Positions 10,348 through 20,020 of a stretch of 64,000 nucleotides of DNA are shown one piece after another. Numbering within the stretch: the first letter of the stretch is position 1; the number at the start of each line of letters is the position of its first letter. A model generated the notes under the pieces. That model searched no databases. It was not told the origin of the DNA and worked only from the letters and a program-made list of their open reading frames with translations. Position numbers and translations under genes: made by a program. The DNA is from Bigelowiella natans CCMP2755 (taxonomy: Eukaryota > Protista > Cercozoa). The stretch is from NCBI GenBank assembly GCA_000320545.1, contig ADNK01000550.1, positions 62,001 to 126,000 on the forward strand, in the 5' to 3' direction.

Positions 10348-10785
10348 ATGATCAAACCCGCCATACACAGATGGACGCAAAGCGCTTCAATGCACATGTT
10401 GAGTGAATACATGAATTGGATTTTTACGAACAAATGCAACAATTATGAAAAAAGAGTGGTTGTGAGTTCAACTGTAGACTCAATGCTCATTTACAAATTT
10501 CACAAAATAGTCGACCAAAGAGTTTCTAAAAGTTGGCAGAAAGTGTTCATAGAACAAGTTTGTATAAGTCCATTGACAAATTCAATATTTTTGTTCACAT
10601 CACAGAATTTTACAATCGAAAATTTGAAAAATCTGTATCAAAACGATTGCTGTTTCTGGCCCATCGCTTCATTTATCGGGTACAAATTTGTGTCAGGTAA
10701 AAATCGCTTTTTGTACGTGTCGTGTTGTTCGCTGCTATGGAATAATTTCAGGATAATCGTGTATGCGCACAAAGAGGAAAAATAA
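10348..10785 (+). CDS. Mpv17/PMP22 family membrane protein
   Basis: KVFIEQVCISP, FWPIASFIGYKFV, RFLYVSCCSLLWN. Confidence 0.8.
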   Translation: MIKPAIHRWTQSASMHMLSEYMNWIFTNKCNNYEKRVVVSSTVDSMLIYKFHKIVDQRVSKSWQKVFIEQVCISPLTNSIFLFTSQNFTIENLKNLYQNDCCFWPIASFIGYKFVSGKNRFLYVSCCSLLWNNFRIIVYAHKEEK

Positions 10786-10875
10786 TAATAAACCATGAAG
10801 ACATTTATGTTGCAAAAATATTTTGCACCAACGTGCTGCGCATTAATTGTCACAAGGTGATCATTGAAAACAGCA

Positions 10876-12249
10876 ATGTACACCAATTCTTTTGTCAATG
10901 CACATACCGCGACATCCGCACCGTACATGAGTAGTTCCAGCAACGACGGTGATGTTGACATTAGACCATGGATTCCAAGCAAATACCTTCAAAAAGGAGG
11001 CACAACGGTTCTCATAGGAAAGAGACGATCAGGAAAGAGCACTACGATGCTGAACATGATGTATCACATGCAAAATGTTTTTGAGTTTGGCTTCATTTTT
11101 TGTGGAAGTGCTTCAACTCGTGAACAATACAGCCGCCATGTGCCGTATGATTTCATTTCTGACACGATGTCATTAGATCTGATAAACAAATTGATGAATT
11201 TTCAAGACAGAAGACGATCCTTAAAAACGATTCGACCGATGTTCATAATCATTGACGATTTTGCATTTAATCGAAGTGTCTTGCGAAGCTCAACGATGTA
11301 CAAGCTGTTTGCTAATGGAAGACATTATCAGATATTTTTTATACTGGGGATGCAGTACTCATTGTCAATAGGTCCTGACGCAAGAGGAAACATTGACACT
11401 TTAATTCTTCACAGAGATGTCACAGTGCAAAATCAACAGAAACTCTACGACAATTACAACATGAGCTTTAAAAACTTTGAAGAGTTTCGTGGTGTTTTGT
11501 TAGATGTTACCCGACAACATCGCGTGCTTGTGTTTCAAAAAGATTTAGAGTGCGTTGATGATTTCCCAATCTTTCATTGGAAAGCAAAACATCCAATCCC
11601 ATGTTTCAAAGTTTCACCGCATCTTCAATGGTGGAAGACTGGAAAGGCGGTGTTGTTGTCAGCAATCGATACAGTTTTGTCAGGTACATTGATGCGTGAT
11701 CCGAGACAGGACGGCAAATATTTGTTGACCTATGCCAACAACAAAAACAGCAAACGAAATCAAGCAAACAATACAGCTTTGCTACAACAGAAAAGAAACA
11801 GCAACAATTTGTTTGTGTGTCGGCCAGACACTAAAAGAAACATTAGAGATCGCACAAGAACTTTCAATGTCATTGCCCCAAAAATGATTGCAACTAAACA
11901 ATACACAAATCTTTACAACACCAAGCCGACAGCACCGCGAATGAACTCGATGCGTCGTTTCATGCCGACACACAAACAACATCGACATGATCAGCATGCT
12001 GCACATGACCACAAACAAAAGTCAGGTCAAAAATCAGTCTCATTGCAATACGTTGCGCCACATCGAAGTGCCAAGACACCAAAAACGTTGTCGCATCAAG
12101 CAACATTCATGCAACCAATACGAAAAGCCCAGGTTGCACAGCGAGGTACAACAAACACAAGTAGCGTGCCTGCAAGAAAAAAAGGACACGTTTTTAATCG
12201 AGGAGCAAAGAAACAGCGTGGCATGGCGGCGTTTTTTTTAGGAGTTTGA
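10876..12249 (+). CDS. A32-like virion packaging ATPase with long basic tail
   Basis: Walker A GKRRSGKS, Walker B FIIIDD, A32 signature NGRHY...MQY. Confidence 0.9.
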   Translation: MYTNSFVNAHTATSAPYMSSSSNDGDVDIRPWIPSKYLQKGGTTVLIGKRRSGKSTTMLNMMYHMQNVFEFGFIFCGSASTREQYSRHVPYDFISDTMSLDLINKLMNFQDRRRSLKTIRPMFIIIDDFAFNRSVLRSSTMYKLFANGRHYQIFFILGMQYSLSIGPDARGNIDTLILHRDVTVQNQQKLYDNYNMSFKNFEEFRGVLLDVTRQHRVLVFQKDLECVDDFPIFHWKAKHPIPCFKVSPHLQWWKTGKAVLLSAIDTVLSGTLMRDPRQDGKYLLTYANNKNSKRNQANNTALLQQKRNSNNLFVCRPDTKRNIRDRTRTFNVIAPKMIATKQYTNLYNTKPTAPRMNSMRRFMPTHKQHRHDQHAAHDHKQKSGQKSVSLQYVAPHRSAKTPKTLSHQATFMQPIRKAQVAQRGTTNTSSVPARKKGHVFNRGAKKQRGMAAFFLGV

Positions 12250-12258
12250 TTGTTAAAA

Positions 12259-13815
12259 TCATATGTCTATGTTAAGATCAAGATTGAGCACATCAGTCAA
12301 ATCATTGCATTCTTGAATGTTTTTTGGATCAGTGGCATTGCTTCTATTTGTTTCATTTTCATCTGTCTCTCCATTGTGCCGCAAATCGGGTGTTTTGAAC
12401 ATGCTGCATGCATCATCTTCTGAACGATCCATAACATTTTTGGAACTTTTCACATCGCTTCCAGAGACTTTCACTTTAGGTATGTAATTGTTGTTAGAAC
12501 GCACTGCCTTGAAGGCAGGTTCTACGTCCATTGGAGAAATAAAACACGTCAATTCGCCGATGGTACCAGTCATGTGCCTGAATCCAAGAACATCCTTTTT
12601 GACATCATTGTAGTAAAGATGAACCACCGAGGTGAGCGATGTGCACTTGGCAAAATTCAGGAGAAGGTTTACACTGTAGCATGCTGCGCCCTGACACAAA
12701 ATTTCCGGGGTTTCACTGGATATTTTTTCAGTGTCAATGGTCATGCTACCACAATTTGCTGCCAACACCGGTTCACTTTCTCTGCCCTTGTTAACGCTTG
12801 AAAACGACTGCATTTCATCTTCCATTACAAATTCATGTGAGCTCACACAGTCAACTCCAATGCCTTCACCGGCTACACAAAAATGACAATACTTTCGTAA
12901 ATCTCTGTTTTTGGTAGTTATCATCTGCAAAGAGGTTCCATTTTTTTTGACTGATCGCATCATTTTAAGAAATTGGACGGATGACATGTGTATGCCCATT
13001 TTGAACTCTTTGTCTTTGACGTGCATCTGCCACAAATGGTCAGACGAGTTCAAATTTGCTATGTTGGTGTCGTTCTTTGACTCGCCGACGTGCATCATGC
13101 TTTCCATGTAAGAATCATGTGTGCAGGGTATGCTGAAAGAATGCATACGGCGCATTTCTTTATCTTGCACCCGCAATTCAAGTTTTTGTTGTTTGCTTAG
13201 ATCTTTGTTGATTTTCATCATGAAAATGTCTCCGTGAGTCATCATGCTAAGACACTGGTGCACAGTGCTGAATGAAACGCTGTAGGTAAATGCACCAATG
13301 TTTTTGGTTTTTTCGTCGCCTGCTGGTAAAATTGAATTAGAATCTTTTGAATTAGATACAAATTTTAATCCGTCCGCTCCGGTAACAGACGCGATGTTTA
13401 TGTAACCAGGTGTGTGTTGAGAATACAGGGCGTGTGGATTGAACAGGTACTCTTCGATGTCAATCGATGATTTTGCACATAGCTCAACCGAAACAATGAC
13501 AGAAGATGTTCGACATGCCAAATGAACACTTGTATCCGTGAAAGTTATGGTTCCAAAATTAGACACTTGACTCAACATCTCAAAAAGTGATCGCATTGTC
13601 TTCGACGCTGATGTTGCAAATGCAAAAACTATGTCGTCAACATCTTGAAAAATCGACTTCTGATCCTTGCATTCGTTCATGTGCATTAAATTCGGAGGTT
13701 GCGTGGCAGTTTTGGGATTAATTTTGTTTTTTTCATTGATGGTTTTCTGTTTTAGTCGTCTCTTTTTCCCATTGTTAGCGCTACGCAATGTTCTTTGGTT
13801 TGTGTTGGCTTTCAT
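12259..13815 (-). CDS. PCNA: PCNA sliding clamp, enlarged (518 aa)
   Basis: MRSLFEMLSQV..GTITFT, MSSVQFLKMMRSV, YSVNLLLNFAKCTSLTSVVHLY, GELTCFISP. Confidence 0.75.
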   Translation of the reverse strand: MKANTNQRTLRSANNGKKRRLKQKTINEKNKINPKTATQPPNLMHMNECKDQKSIFQDVDDIVFAFATSASKTMRSLFEMLSQVSNFGTITFTDTSVHLACRTSSVIVSVELCAKSSIDIEEYLFNPHALYSQHTPGYINIASVTGADGLKFVSNSKDSNSILPAGDEKTKNIGAFTYSVSFSTVHQCLSMMTHGDIFMMKINKDLSKQQKLELRVQDKEMRRMHSFSIPCTHDSYMESMMHVGESKNDTNIANLNSSDHLWQMHVKDKEFKMGIHMSSVQFLKMMRSVKKNGTSLQMITTKNRDLRKYCHFCVAGEGIGVDCVSSHEFVMEDEMQSFSSVNKGRESEPVLAANCGSMTIDTEKISSETPEILCQGAACYSVNLLLNFAKCTSLTSVVHLYYNDVKKDVLGFRHMTGTIGELTCFISPMDVEPAFKAVRSNNNYIPKVKVSGSDVKSSKNVMDRSEDDACSMFKTPDLRHNGETDENETNRSNATDPKNIQECNDLTDVLNLDLNIDI

Positions 13816-14357
13816 CTTTTGCGAGTTTTGCTTTTGCCTCGTTTAGCGGATCCAGGTTTTCTGTTTCGGCTGGAAGACCTGGTTTTTGATCTTGTTTTTG
13901 TTTTGGATTTTGAACGTGATCTCGATCTTGATCTTGCTTTAGTTTTGGATTTTGATTGGGTAGTTTTTCTACTTTTGGAATTAGATCGTCTGTTTTTCCT
14001 TTTGTCTTTGGATGTCGTAGTTCTTTTTGTTGTTTTTTTCTTGCGTGTGGTGCTCGTTTTGACATTCAATTTCTTTGACGCTTGTTTTCGTGCGACTGTT
14101 CTGTCGTCTTTGTTTGACGTGCTTGATGATGTGTGCTCCTTCTCCCGAGTTTGCAGCATGGAATTACCCCCGTGTTTCCGAGCTTCCTTTTCGATGTTCA
14201 TGATGTCTTGAAGGTTGTTGTAAAACTTTGGGACTTTTTCATTGTCATTGCTTGAAGATGCAATGTCATCAAGTGATTCTTGCAGGTGATTGCTTGAAGA
14301 TTTTTTAGATTTTTTTTGTGAATTTTCAAAACCGAAAAGGTTTGACAAAGTGTTCAT
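13812..14357 (-). CDS. RS/K/T-rich basic protein
   Basis: KARSRSRSRSKSKTKTRSKTRS; its stop overlaps the PCNA start (ATGA). Confidence 0.65.
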   Translation of the reverse strand: MNTLSNLFGFENSQKKSKKSSSNHLQESLDDIASSSNDNEKVPKFYNNLQDIMNIEKEARKHGGNSMLQTREKEHTSSSTSNKDDRTVARKQASKKLNVKTSTTRKKKTTKRTTTSKDKRKNRRSNSKSRKTTQSKSKTKARSRSRSRSKSKTKTRSKTRSSSRNRKPGSAKRGKSKTRKR

Positions 14358-14475
14358 TGCAATTGCAATTGCACAACAAAACGATTGTTTGTCAAAAAAA
14401 GTGATTTGTGATTTGCAAAGAGAATTTGCAAAAAAAATGTAACAAAAAATGCATCACATGGCTACAAGATTTGGA

Positions 14476-14904
14476 TCATTTAGCACCCTTTTTTAACAAT
14501 TCAACGCAGCATGGCTTATGGGCTTGATGCTTTGCCATTTCATTGTCAATTTTTTCCATGACAACATCAAGGTCACATTTGAATTTTGAATCTTGATGGT
14601 ATGTAGCTTTTAAATTTTCAAGTCCTTTTTTTGAATTTTCTAAGTCTTTCAAAATGTTTATGAATTTTCGATTGCTTTTGGTTTCCTTGCCGTCGTTTTT
14701 GTAAAAAACGATTATTTGAAACGTTTGCTCGACAACTTGCCGCACAAAATCCAAAGTGTTCTGCCTGTTTTCTCTGAACAATGTTCGAACAAAGCTTGTG
14801 GTGTAGTTGTTGGGCTGCATTGTGATGGCCCCTATGTTAATTTTTTGATCCTTTTTGATGTTTCCAATGAACTTTAAGTTACTTATTATGGACTGAAAAT
14901 CCAT
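14476..14904 (-). CDS. Conserved NCLDV hypothetical protein
   Basis: ISNLKFIGNIKKDQKIN..SFVRTLFRENR..GLENLKATY..D pattern recalled from giant viruses. Confidence 0.7.
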   Translation of the reverse strand: MDFQSIISNLKFIGNIKKDQKINIGAITMQPNNYTTSFVRTLFRENRQNTLDFVRQVVEQTFQIIVFYKNDGKETKSNRKFINILKDLENSKKGLENLKATYHQDSKFKCDLDVVMEKIDNEMAKHQAHKPCCVELLKKGAK

Positions 14905-14967
14905 GGTGTGTGATGTTTTGGATGCAACTGCTGCAAAAATCAACTTGCAACAAAATTGTATGGAACT

Positions 14968-15483
14968 TTATTTTGTCTTCATTTCTGCCTTCTTTTGTGC
15001 CTCCCTTTGCATGTGGTTGAACGCATCAAGATCAGAGTCGTGAAGAGAACCCTCAGAATCCTCAGATGTTTGCTTTTCTGTTGTGAAGTCATCATAGTTT
15101 TGAATGTTAGGACACAATGCTGGTGCCGTGTTGACAGCATTTCGTAGATTTCTTTTGAACATTTGTTTCCTTTTGTTTCTGTAGTAAGCAAATGGTCTTT
15201 TTGCAATGGACATAGGGCACAATTTGCCATTTAATTCTTTCAAAAGCTTGCGTTCCACGGGTGCTGTTGAGCGTGTGCTTCGTTTGCCGGCATGCTGATG
15301 CGCAAGAAGTCTGCACAAGGCAAAATCATTTTCGTCTGTAGCAAATAAATTTGCATTGTTTGTCATCACATGTTCAGCACATTCTTCAAATTTTAGCACG
15401 GCTTCACGAGATTGCATGAAGCGTGGCATTGTCGACACAACGCATCCGCCAATTTTGTTAGCACGTTTTTTGATCGTTGACAT
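14968..15483 (-). CDS. Hypothetical protein, paralog of 6461-7201
   Basis: ECAEHVMTNNANLFATDENDFALCRLLAHQH...LNGKLCP. Confidence 0.7.
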   Translation of the reverse strand: MSTIKKRANKIGGCVVSTMPRFMQSREAVLKFEECAEHVMTNNANLFATDENDFALCRLLAHQHAGKRSTRSTAPVERKLLKELNGKLCPMSIAKRPFAYYRNKRKQMFKRNLRNAVNTAPALCPNIQNYDDFTTEKQTSEDSEGSLHDSDLDAFNHMQREAQKKAEMKTK

Positions 15484-15574
15484 TTTTTGTCGACGATGTG
15501 TCACTTGTTATTAATAATGTGTTTAGCATGCAACAAATTGACAGCACACACAAAAAAATATTTTCTGCCATGCA

Positions 15575-15979
15575 TTAGGAAATGTTTACTAGTCTGTTTA
15601 ACCGGACCACCCTCATGAACTCGTGAGCAAAATTGATGCAATTTTGCAATGCATTGTTGTTGGCGGCAGTGAACTCATCAGAAACTAGATACTTCGATTG
15701 AATGTCCAGTTTGGGAAGCATGTATGTCAACCAAATCAACGACCGCACTGTTTTTACATGACTTGGATTGTCAGTCTCAAATTCTTTAAAATCTAATTTA
15801 GCAAATCCTTCCAATATTTCATCCGGGTGTGTCAAGGGACGAGGTGTATCTTCAACATCTAGTTCATTTTCAAACCATTTGTCTGCTTCCACACACAACA
15901 TTGTTGTAATCGAGGGTTCAGAATCTTTCTCGTCCTCTAAAACTTGTAGTTTGACAGGAGTGGACGCTCTGCAAGTCAT
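15575..15979 (-). CDS. Hypothetical protein
   Basis: 134-aa ATG ORF directly downstream of the 63-bp element. Confidence 0.6.
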   Translation of the reverse strand: MTCRASTPVKLQVLEDEKDSEPSITTMLCVEADKWFENELDVEDTPRPLTHPDEILEGFAKLDFKEFETDNPSHVKTVRSLIWLTYMLPKLDIQSKYLVSDEFTAANNNALQNCINFAHEFMRVVRLNRLVNIS

Positions 15980-15992
15980 GTGTGCTAGTTGA

Positions 15993-16155
15993 ATTCTGCG
16001 CAGAGTCTGCGGTGCCGTGGAGTTGTGTGGTGATTTGGAGATTTTCTGGAGATTTGTATTTTTTGGGTAATTTGCGAAAATTTATTGTTTCATGTCGCAC
16101 TTTGCAAACAGTCTTCGTTTTAACAAATGAACATTTTTTGCGAGAACGTGTTTTG
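15993..16155. repeat. Third 63-bp element plus a diverged fragment of the 308-bp unit
   Basis: 15993-16055 matches 4011-4073; ~16093-16155 (TGTCGCACTTTGCAAACAG...) resembles the unit start at 17956. Confidence 0.85.
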
Positions 16156-16195
16156 CATGCAATGCATTGACAGCACATGGTAACAATGGCATTGT

Positions 16196-17871
16196 TTAAA
16201 GTTCAAGCTTGGTTTTCAATTTCTTGGGAGTTTTGTTTTTGTGTCGTTTGCGTTTGCGGTCTGGGTTTTTGTCAGGACTCATGCTTAAAATCATTTTGAT
16301 AGACTCATCAATGAGATGTTGATCTTCTTTCGGGTAGTGCATTACGCCCGTAAGATAAATGATTGTTCCTTTGTCAGTTTTGTATTTCTCTCGGCCTTGA
16401 TAGTGGTTTATGTCTTTGTAAGGATGTTTAAGTTTCCATTTCTTAGCGACCTTTTACCCAGCCATGCGATTCTCTGAAGCAGTTGTTCTTTTCTGTGGTG
16501 GTCCTTGCATTTGTCTTCGAGGTATTGTTTGATGGTAACACCGTCCGGCATTTTCATGAGGGTAGTGGATGTTTGAGTTTGCTCACTGACGATTTTATTG
16601 ATTTCTCTGTTGACTTCAAGTTGCTCCTTGTGCATTTTTGAAAGCTCCAAGTTGTATTTTGCTTTTTGCATCATGAGCTCCATTTTCGCTTTTTCCATCT
16701 TGGTTTCTTGTTCAATTTCCATTAGCTTTGTCTTGGTTTCTTGTTCAATTTCCATTAGCTTTGTCTTGGTTTCTTGGTCAATTTCCATTAGCTTTGTCTT
16801 GGTTTCTTGGTCAATTTCTGTTAGCTTGAGCGTCGTTTCATCTTTTTTGCAAGTGATCTCATCCTGTCGCTTGTTGTGTTCACTTAGCATCTTGGCTTGT
16901 TGAGCAACGTTTGCAAGCTCTTTTTCTCCCTCTGCAATATGGATTTTTACCTGCCATGTTGTCTGCACATCTTGCACTTTTGCCAATTCCTTGTTTCTGT
17001 AAGAATTAAACTCTTCATCACTGAAGCTCGTATCTGTTTTGACAAGGTGAGAAGTTGCGCCTTCCAACATGCTAAGAGCTTGACCAGTGTTGCGTTCACC
17101 GACGCCAATTGCGGTCTTGACTTCCATGTCCGGTCTATTCTTTTGATAGTTCCCAGTGATCTCAGAAACAAGTGTCAAGTCGCCATTTTCAATGCGTTCA
17201 ATTTGTTCAATGACCCAAGTTTGGATTTTGTTAGCAACCGTTGTGTGGATCCTCAGCATGAATTTTTTGAATCCTTTCAGAGTCATCAAACATTGTTTCG
17301 CAATGGTGTTATTTTTCCCTCTTGTTACACTTTCAATGTAATGGTTTTCGAGGCAGCAATTTCGCAAATGTGTCATTGCAGTGGACTTTTTTGTACAACC
17401 AAGTGGTTCCCACACGCAATCCATGTCAATTGGATGAGAAACATCTTTTGCTTTTGCCACGCTTGAAAGGTATTTCTGAATTTTTCTCAAGTTCTGGTTC
17501 ATGCGAATTAGCGAATTGACTTTCTCCAGAACTGGCATCCTCAATTTGTCATGAATGTCATTCGTTTTCTCCATCCAAATCTTGAGACCTTTCAAACTTA
17601 ACCAATGACGAATCAACTTGCGACCTCGTTTGCCCTCGTTTTCAGTAATTACTTTGTGGTGTTCACCCAAGTTGCAAGCTCGTAAAGAATCTACTAATTC
17701 ACTCTTAGTGTTAAACTTGAAAAACTTTGACACTTGATCTGTGTGAATGATGTATTCGTCTTTTGCATCTTCGTCGGCATCGCTTATGAAATTGATGATT
17801 TTGCGCACTTTTTCGTTCATCGCTTGTTGGTGTTTGGCGGACATGAGCTGTTGAAAGGTAGAAGAAGCCAT
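16196..17871 (-). CDS. Antirepressor-like DNA-binding protein (two MSV199/AntA-like domains), frameshifted near 16453
   Basis: Two related domains (IHTDQVSKFFKF..WLSLKGLK; IDMDCVWEPLG..LMTLKGFKKF) and a coiled coil. The ORF stops at 16408, but another frame runs on to TAA at 16196. Confidence 0.6.
16698..16827. repeat. 33-bp coding tandem repeat, ~4 copies
   Basis: Encodes KLMEI(D/E)QETKT. Confidence 0.95.
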
Positions 17872-17955
17872 TGTGGGTGTTTGCGAATTTGAGTTGTGAC
17901 TTCTTTTGGTTCAAGTAAAAACCACAATTGTTTCGATTTTGGCGCAAATTTTGAC

Positions 17956-18705
17956 GTCGCACATTGCAAACAGACATCGTTTTGATATCAAAACATTTTT
18001 TGGCGGGAAAGTGTTTCGTTTTCTTTGAGTAAAAGCATGTCAAATATCCTACAAAATGGAGGGGATTTAGGTGTGCAGCACGTGTTTCTCATGCTGGTTT
18101 TTAAGACCTTAATCTTTGCATGACATTTTGAAATTTGTTGATGAAGGGTGAAATGCATCTAATGTAATTGTCGTAGGTGTTGTTGCGGTGGCATTTTAAA
18201 TAATTTGATTCCATTTTTGACAATTTTGCAAAATGTGAAAATCGCCTGTCCATTTTTTTAATGTCGCACATTGCAAACAGCATTCGTTTTGACATCAAAA
18301 CATTTTTTGGCGGGAAAGTGTTTCGTTTTCTTTGAGTTAAAGTGTGTCAAATTTTCTGCAAAACGGAGGGGATTTCGGTGTGCAGCACGTGTTTCTCATG
18401 CTGGTTTTTCAGACCTTAATCTTTGCATGACATTTTGAAATTTGTTGATGAAGGGTGAAATGCATCTAATGTAATTGTCGTAGGTGTTGTTGCGGTGGCA
18501 TTTTAAATAATTTGATTGTTTTTTTTTGACAATTTTGCAAAATGTAAAAATCGCCTGTCCATTTTTTTAATGTCGCACATTGCAAACAGCATTCGTTTTG
18601 ACATTAAAATGTTTCCTACAAAATGAAGGGGATTTCGGTGTGCTCCACGTCTATCTCTCTTGTGCTGTTTTTTCAGACCTTGATCTTTGCACCACATTTT
18701 GAAAT
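17956..18705. repeat. Non-coding tandem repeat, ~308-bp unit, two full copies and one partial
   Basis: GTCGCACATTGCAAACAG starts at 17956, 18263 and 18572; the third unit is internally deleted. Confidence 0.95.
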
Positions 18706-18806
18706 CAACACTAGTAGTACATGCCCGCAAAACATCACTAGAAAGTGTTGTAGCATTGATTTGTACTAGTGATTGAAAAACACAACTACAAAGTATTAGT
18801 GATTGT

Positions 18807-18846
18807 TGTCACTAATTGGGGCGGGGCCCCGCCCCAATTAGTGACA
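18807..18846. repeat. Perfect 40-bp palindrome
   Basis: TGTCACTAATTGGGGCGGGG|CCCCGCCCCAATTAGTGACA, no spacer. Confidence 0.98.
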
Positions 18847-18865
18847 CCAACCAAGAAGCTTTGTT

Positions 18866-19372
18866 TTAGTTTTGCACAAGTCTATCTCGCTTTTTGACTA
18901 AAATGCATGACAAAACTAACATAGAAGGGTCCGTTCCCAGCAATGACACCAAAAAAGGCCTGCTAGTAATTTCAAAAACTTTCTGTTTGCCCATGTGATG
19001 GAAACACAATGGAGCTAAAGAAGGTGAGGGGATGGAGTTCAAACAAAATCGATTTTTAGAGCACAAAAAGTGCTGGCATCTTTGGGAAGATATCCCTAAA
19101 TCACTTTGGACGTCTAGAAACTTGCATTGAACGTTGCAGGACATCTCAGAGAATCTTGGATCCCGCATGATCTCCGGTAGCTTGCGAGTAACCGCTTTTT
19201 TGAATTGCATCCACCTTCTAGAGTCAACGGCTTGGTTTTCCCACAGCCTGTTTTCTCGCAAAAAAATGAAGATTTTGAGCATTTTTGCAACGCGTTCTTG
19301 TGCTTCATCTGCATCATTGGCTTCTTTGATTAATTTTAACAAATTTGCTTTGAATTCGGGAAGGCTGTCCAT
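18866..19372 (-). CDS. Hypothetical protein with a CCCH-type finger
   Basis: RCQHFLCSKNRFCLN...LCFHH. Confidence 0.6.
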   Translation of the reverse strand: MDSLPEFKANLLKLIKEANDADEAQERVAKMLKIFIFLRENRLWENQAVDSRRWMQFKKAVTRKLPEIMRDPRFSEMSCNVQCKFLDVQSDLGISSQRCQHFLCSKNRFCLNSIPSPSLAPLCFHHMGKQKVFEITSRPFLVSLLGTDPSMLVLSCILVKKRDRLVQN

Positions 19373-19471
19373 TTTTTTTGCGTTTCATGTGCATGCAAAT
19401 GGGCACAATCAAAATTTTTTTCTCATTTAAAAGCATGATCTTGCTTGTTAATTGGCAAACAAATAACTAAC

Positions 19472-20011
19472 ATGCCAACTGTCGTCCGTCTGAAGGTCGA
19501 TCCTGCATTCAAGTTGCAAATGCAGATGAAACAAGGAAAAAAACCATCATTGAGAAGAATTTTGAAAATTAGCAGAGGAATTAAAGAAAGAAAACCCAGA
19601 GCCATTGCAATGAACAGATTTTTGAACTATGCAAAACATGTGACTAACAAATGCCCATCCAGTTTGGTAAAAAGTGAAGACATGTGCAGTGACAAATTGT
19701 GCGACAACAAATCACTTGACATGCAAATGAGTTATCCAAATGAACCCAAAGAAAAATACCTGTGGTGGAAGAAATTGCACACAAATGCACTACCGGTTCA
19801 TCGCCAAGAAGTGACTAGAATGGGAAGAAGAGCAAAAGACAGAAAAAATCGACAAATGAAACTGATGTTGTTAGCTCCGATGAACAATGAAGGTTGTCGA
19901 CATGATGCTCAAAGCAAATTTGACTTTTACATGGGAAAATGTGAGCCTACAAGCACTCAAAAACAAAAAAAGGATTACTTTGAAATGTCTAAGTTCATTT
20001 GCAACGCATGA
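19472..20011 (+). CDS. Hypothetical basic protein
   Basis: ATG ORF with upstream T-tract. Confidence 0.6.
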   Translation: MPTVVRLKVDPAFKLQMQMKQGKKPSLRRILKISRGIKERKPRAIAMNRFLNYAKHVTNKCPSSLVKSEDMCSDKLCDNKSLDMQMSYPNEPKEKYLWWKKLHTNALPVHRQEVTRMGRRAKDRKNRQMKLMLLAPMNNEGCRHDAQSKFDFYMGKCEPTSTQKQKKDYFEMSKFICNA

Positions 20012-20020
20012 ATGTGCAAA

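Noticed and set aside
13795-14211. Hydrophobic antisense ORF and other nested shadow ORFs
   Set aside because: Antisense to better-supported genes; explained by compositional bias.
4011-18705. Repeats as a CRISPR-like or MIMIVIRE-like array
   Set aside because: No constant repeat with unique spacers and no adjacent nuclease/helicase pair.
18101-18730. 65- and 75-aa ORFs in the tandem repeat
   Set aside because: Their stops differ between units and they start at TTG; by-products of non-coding repeats.
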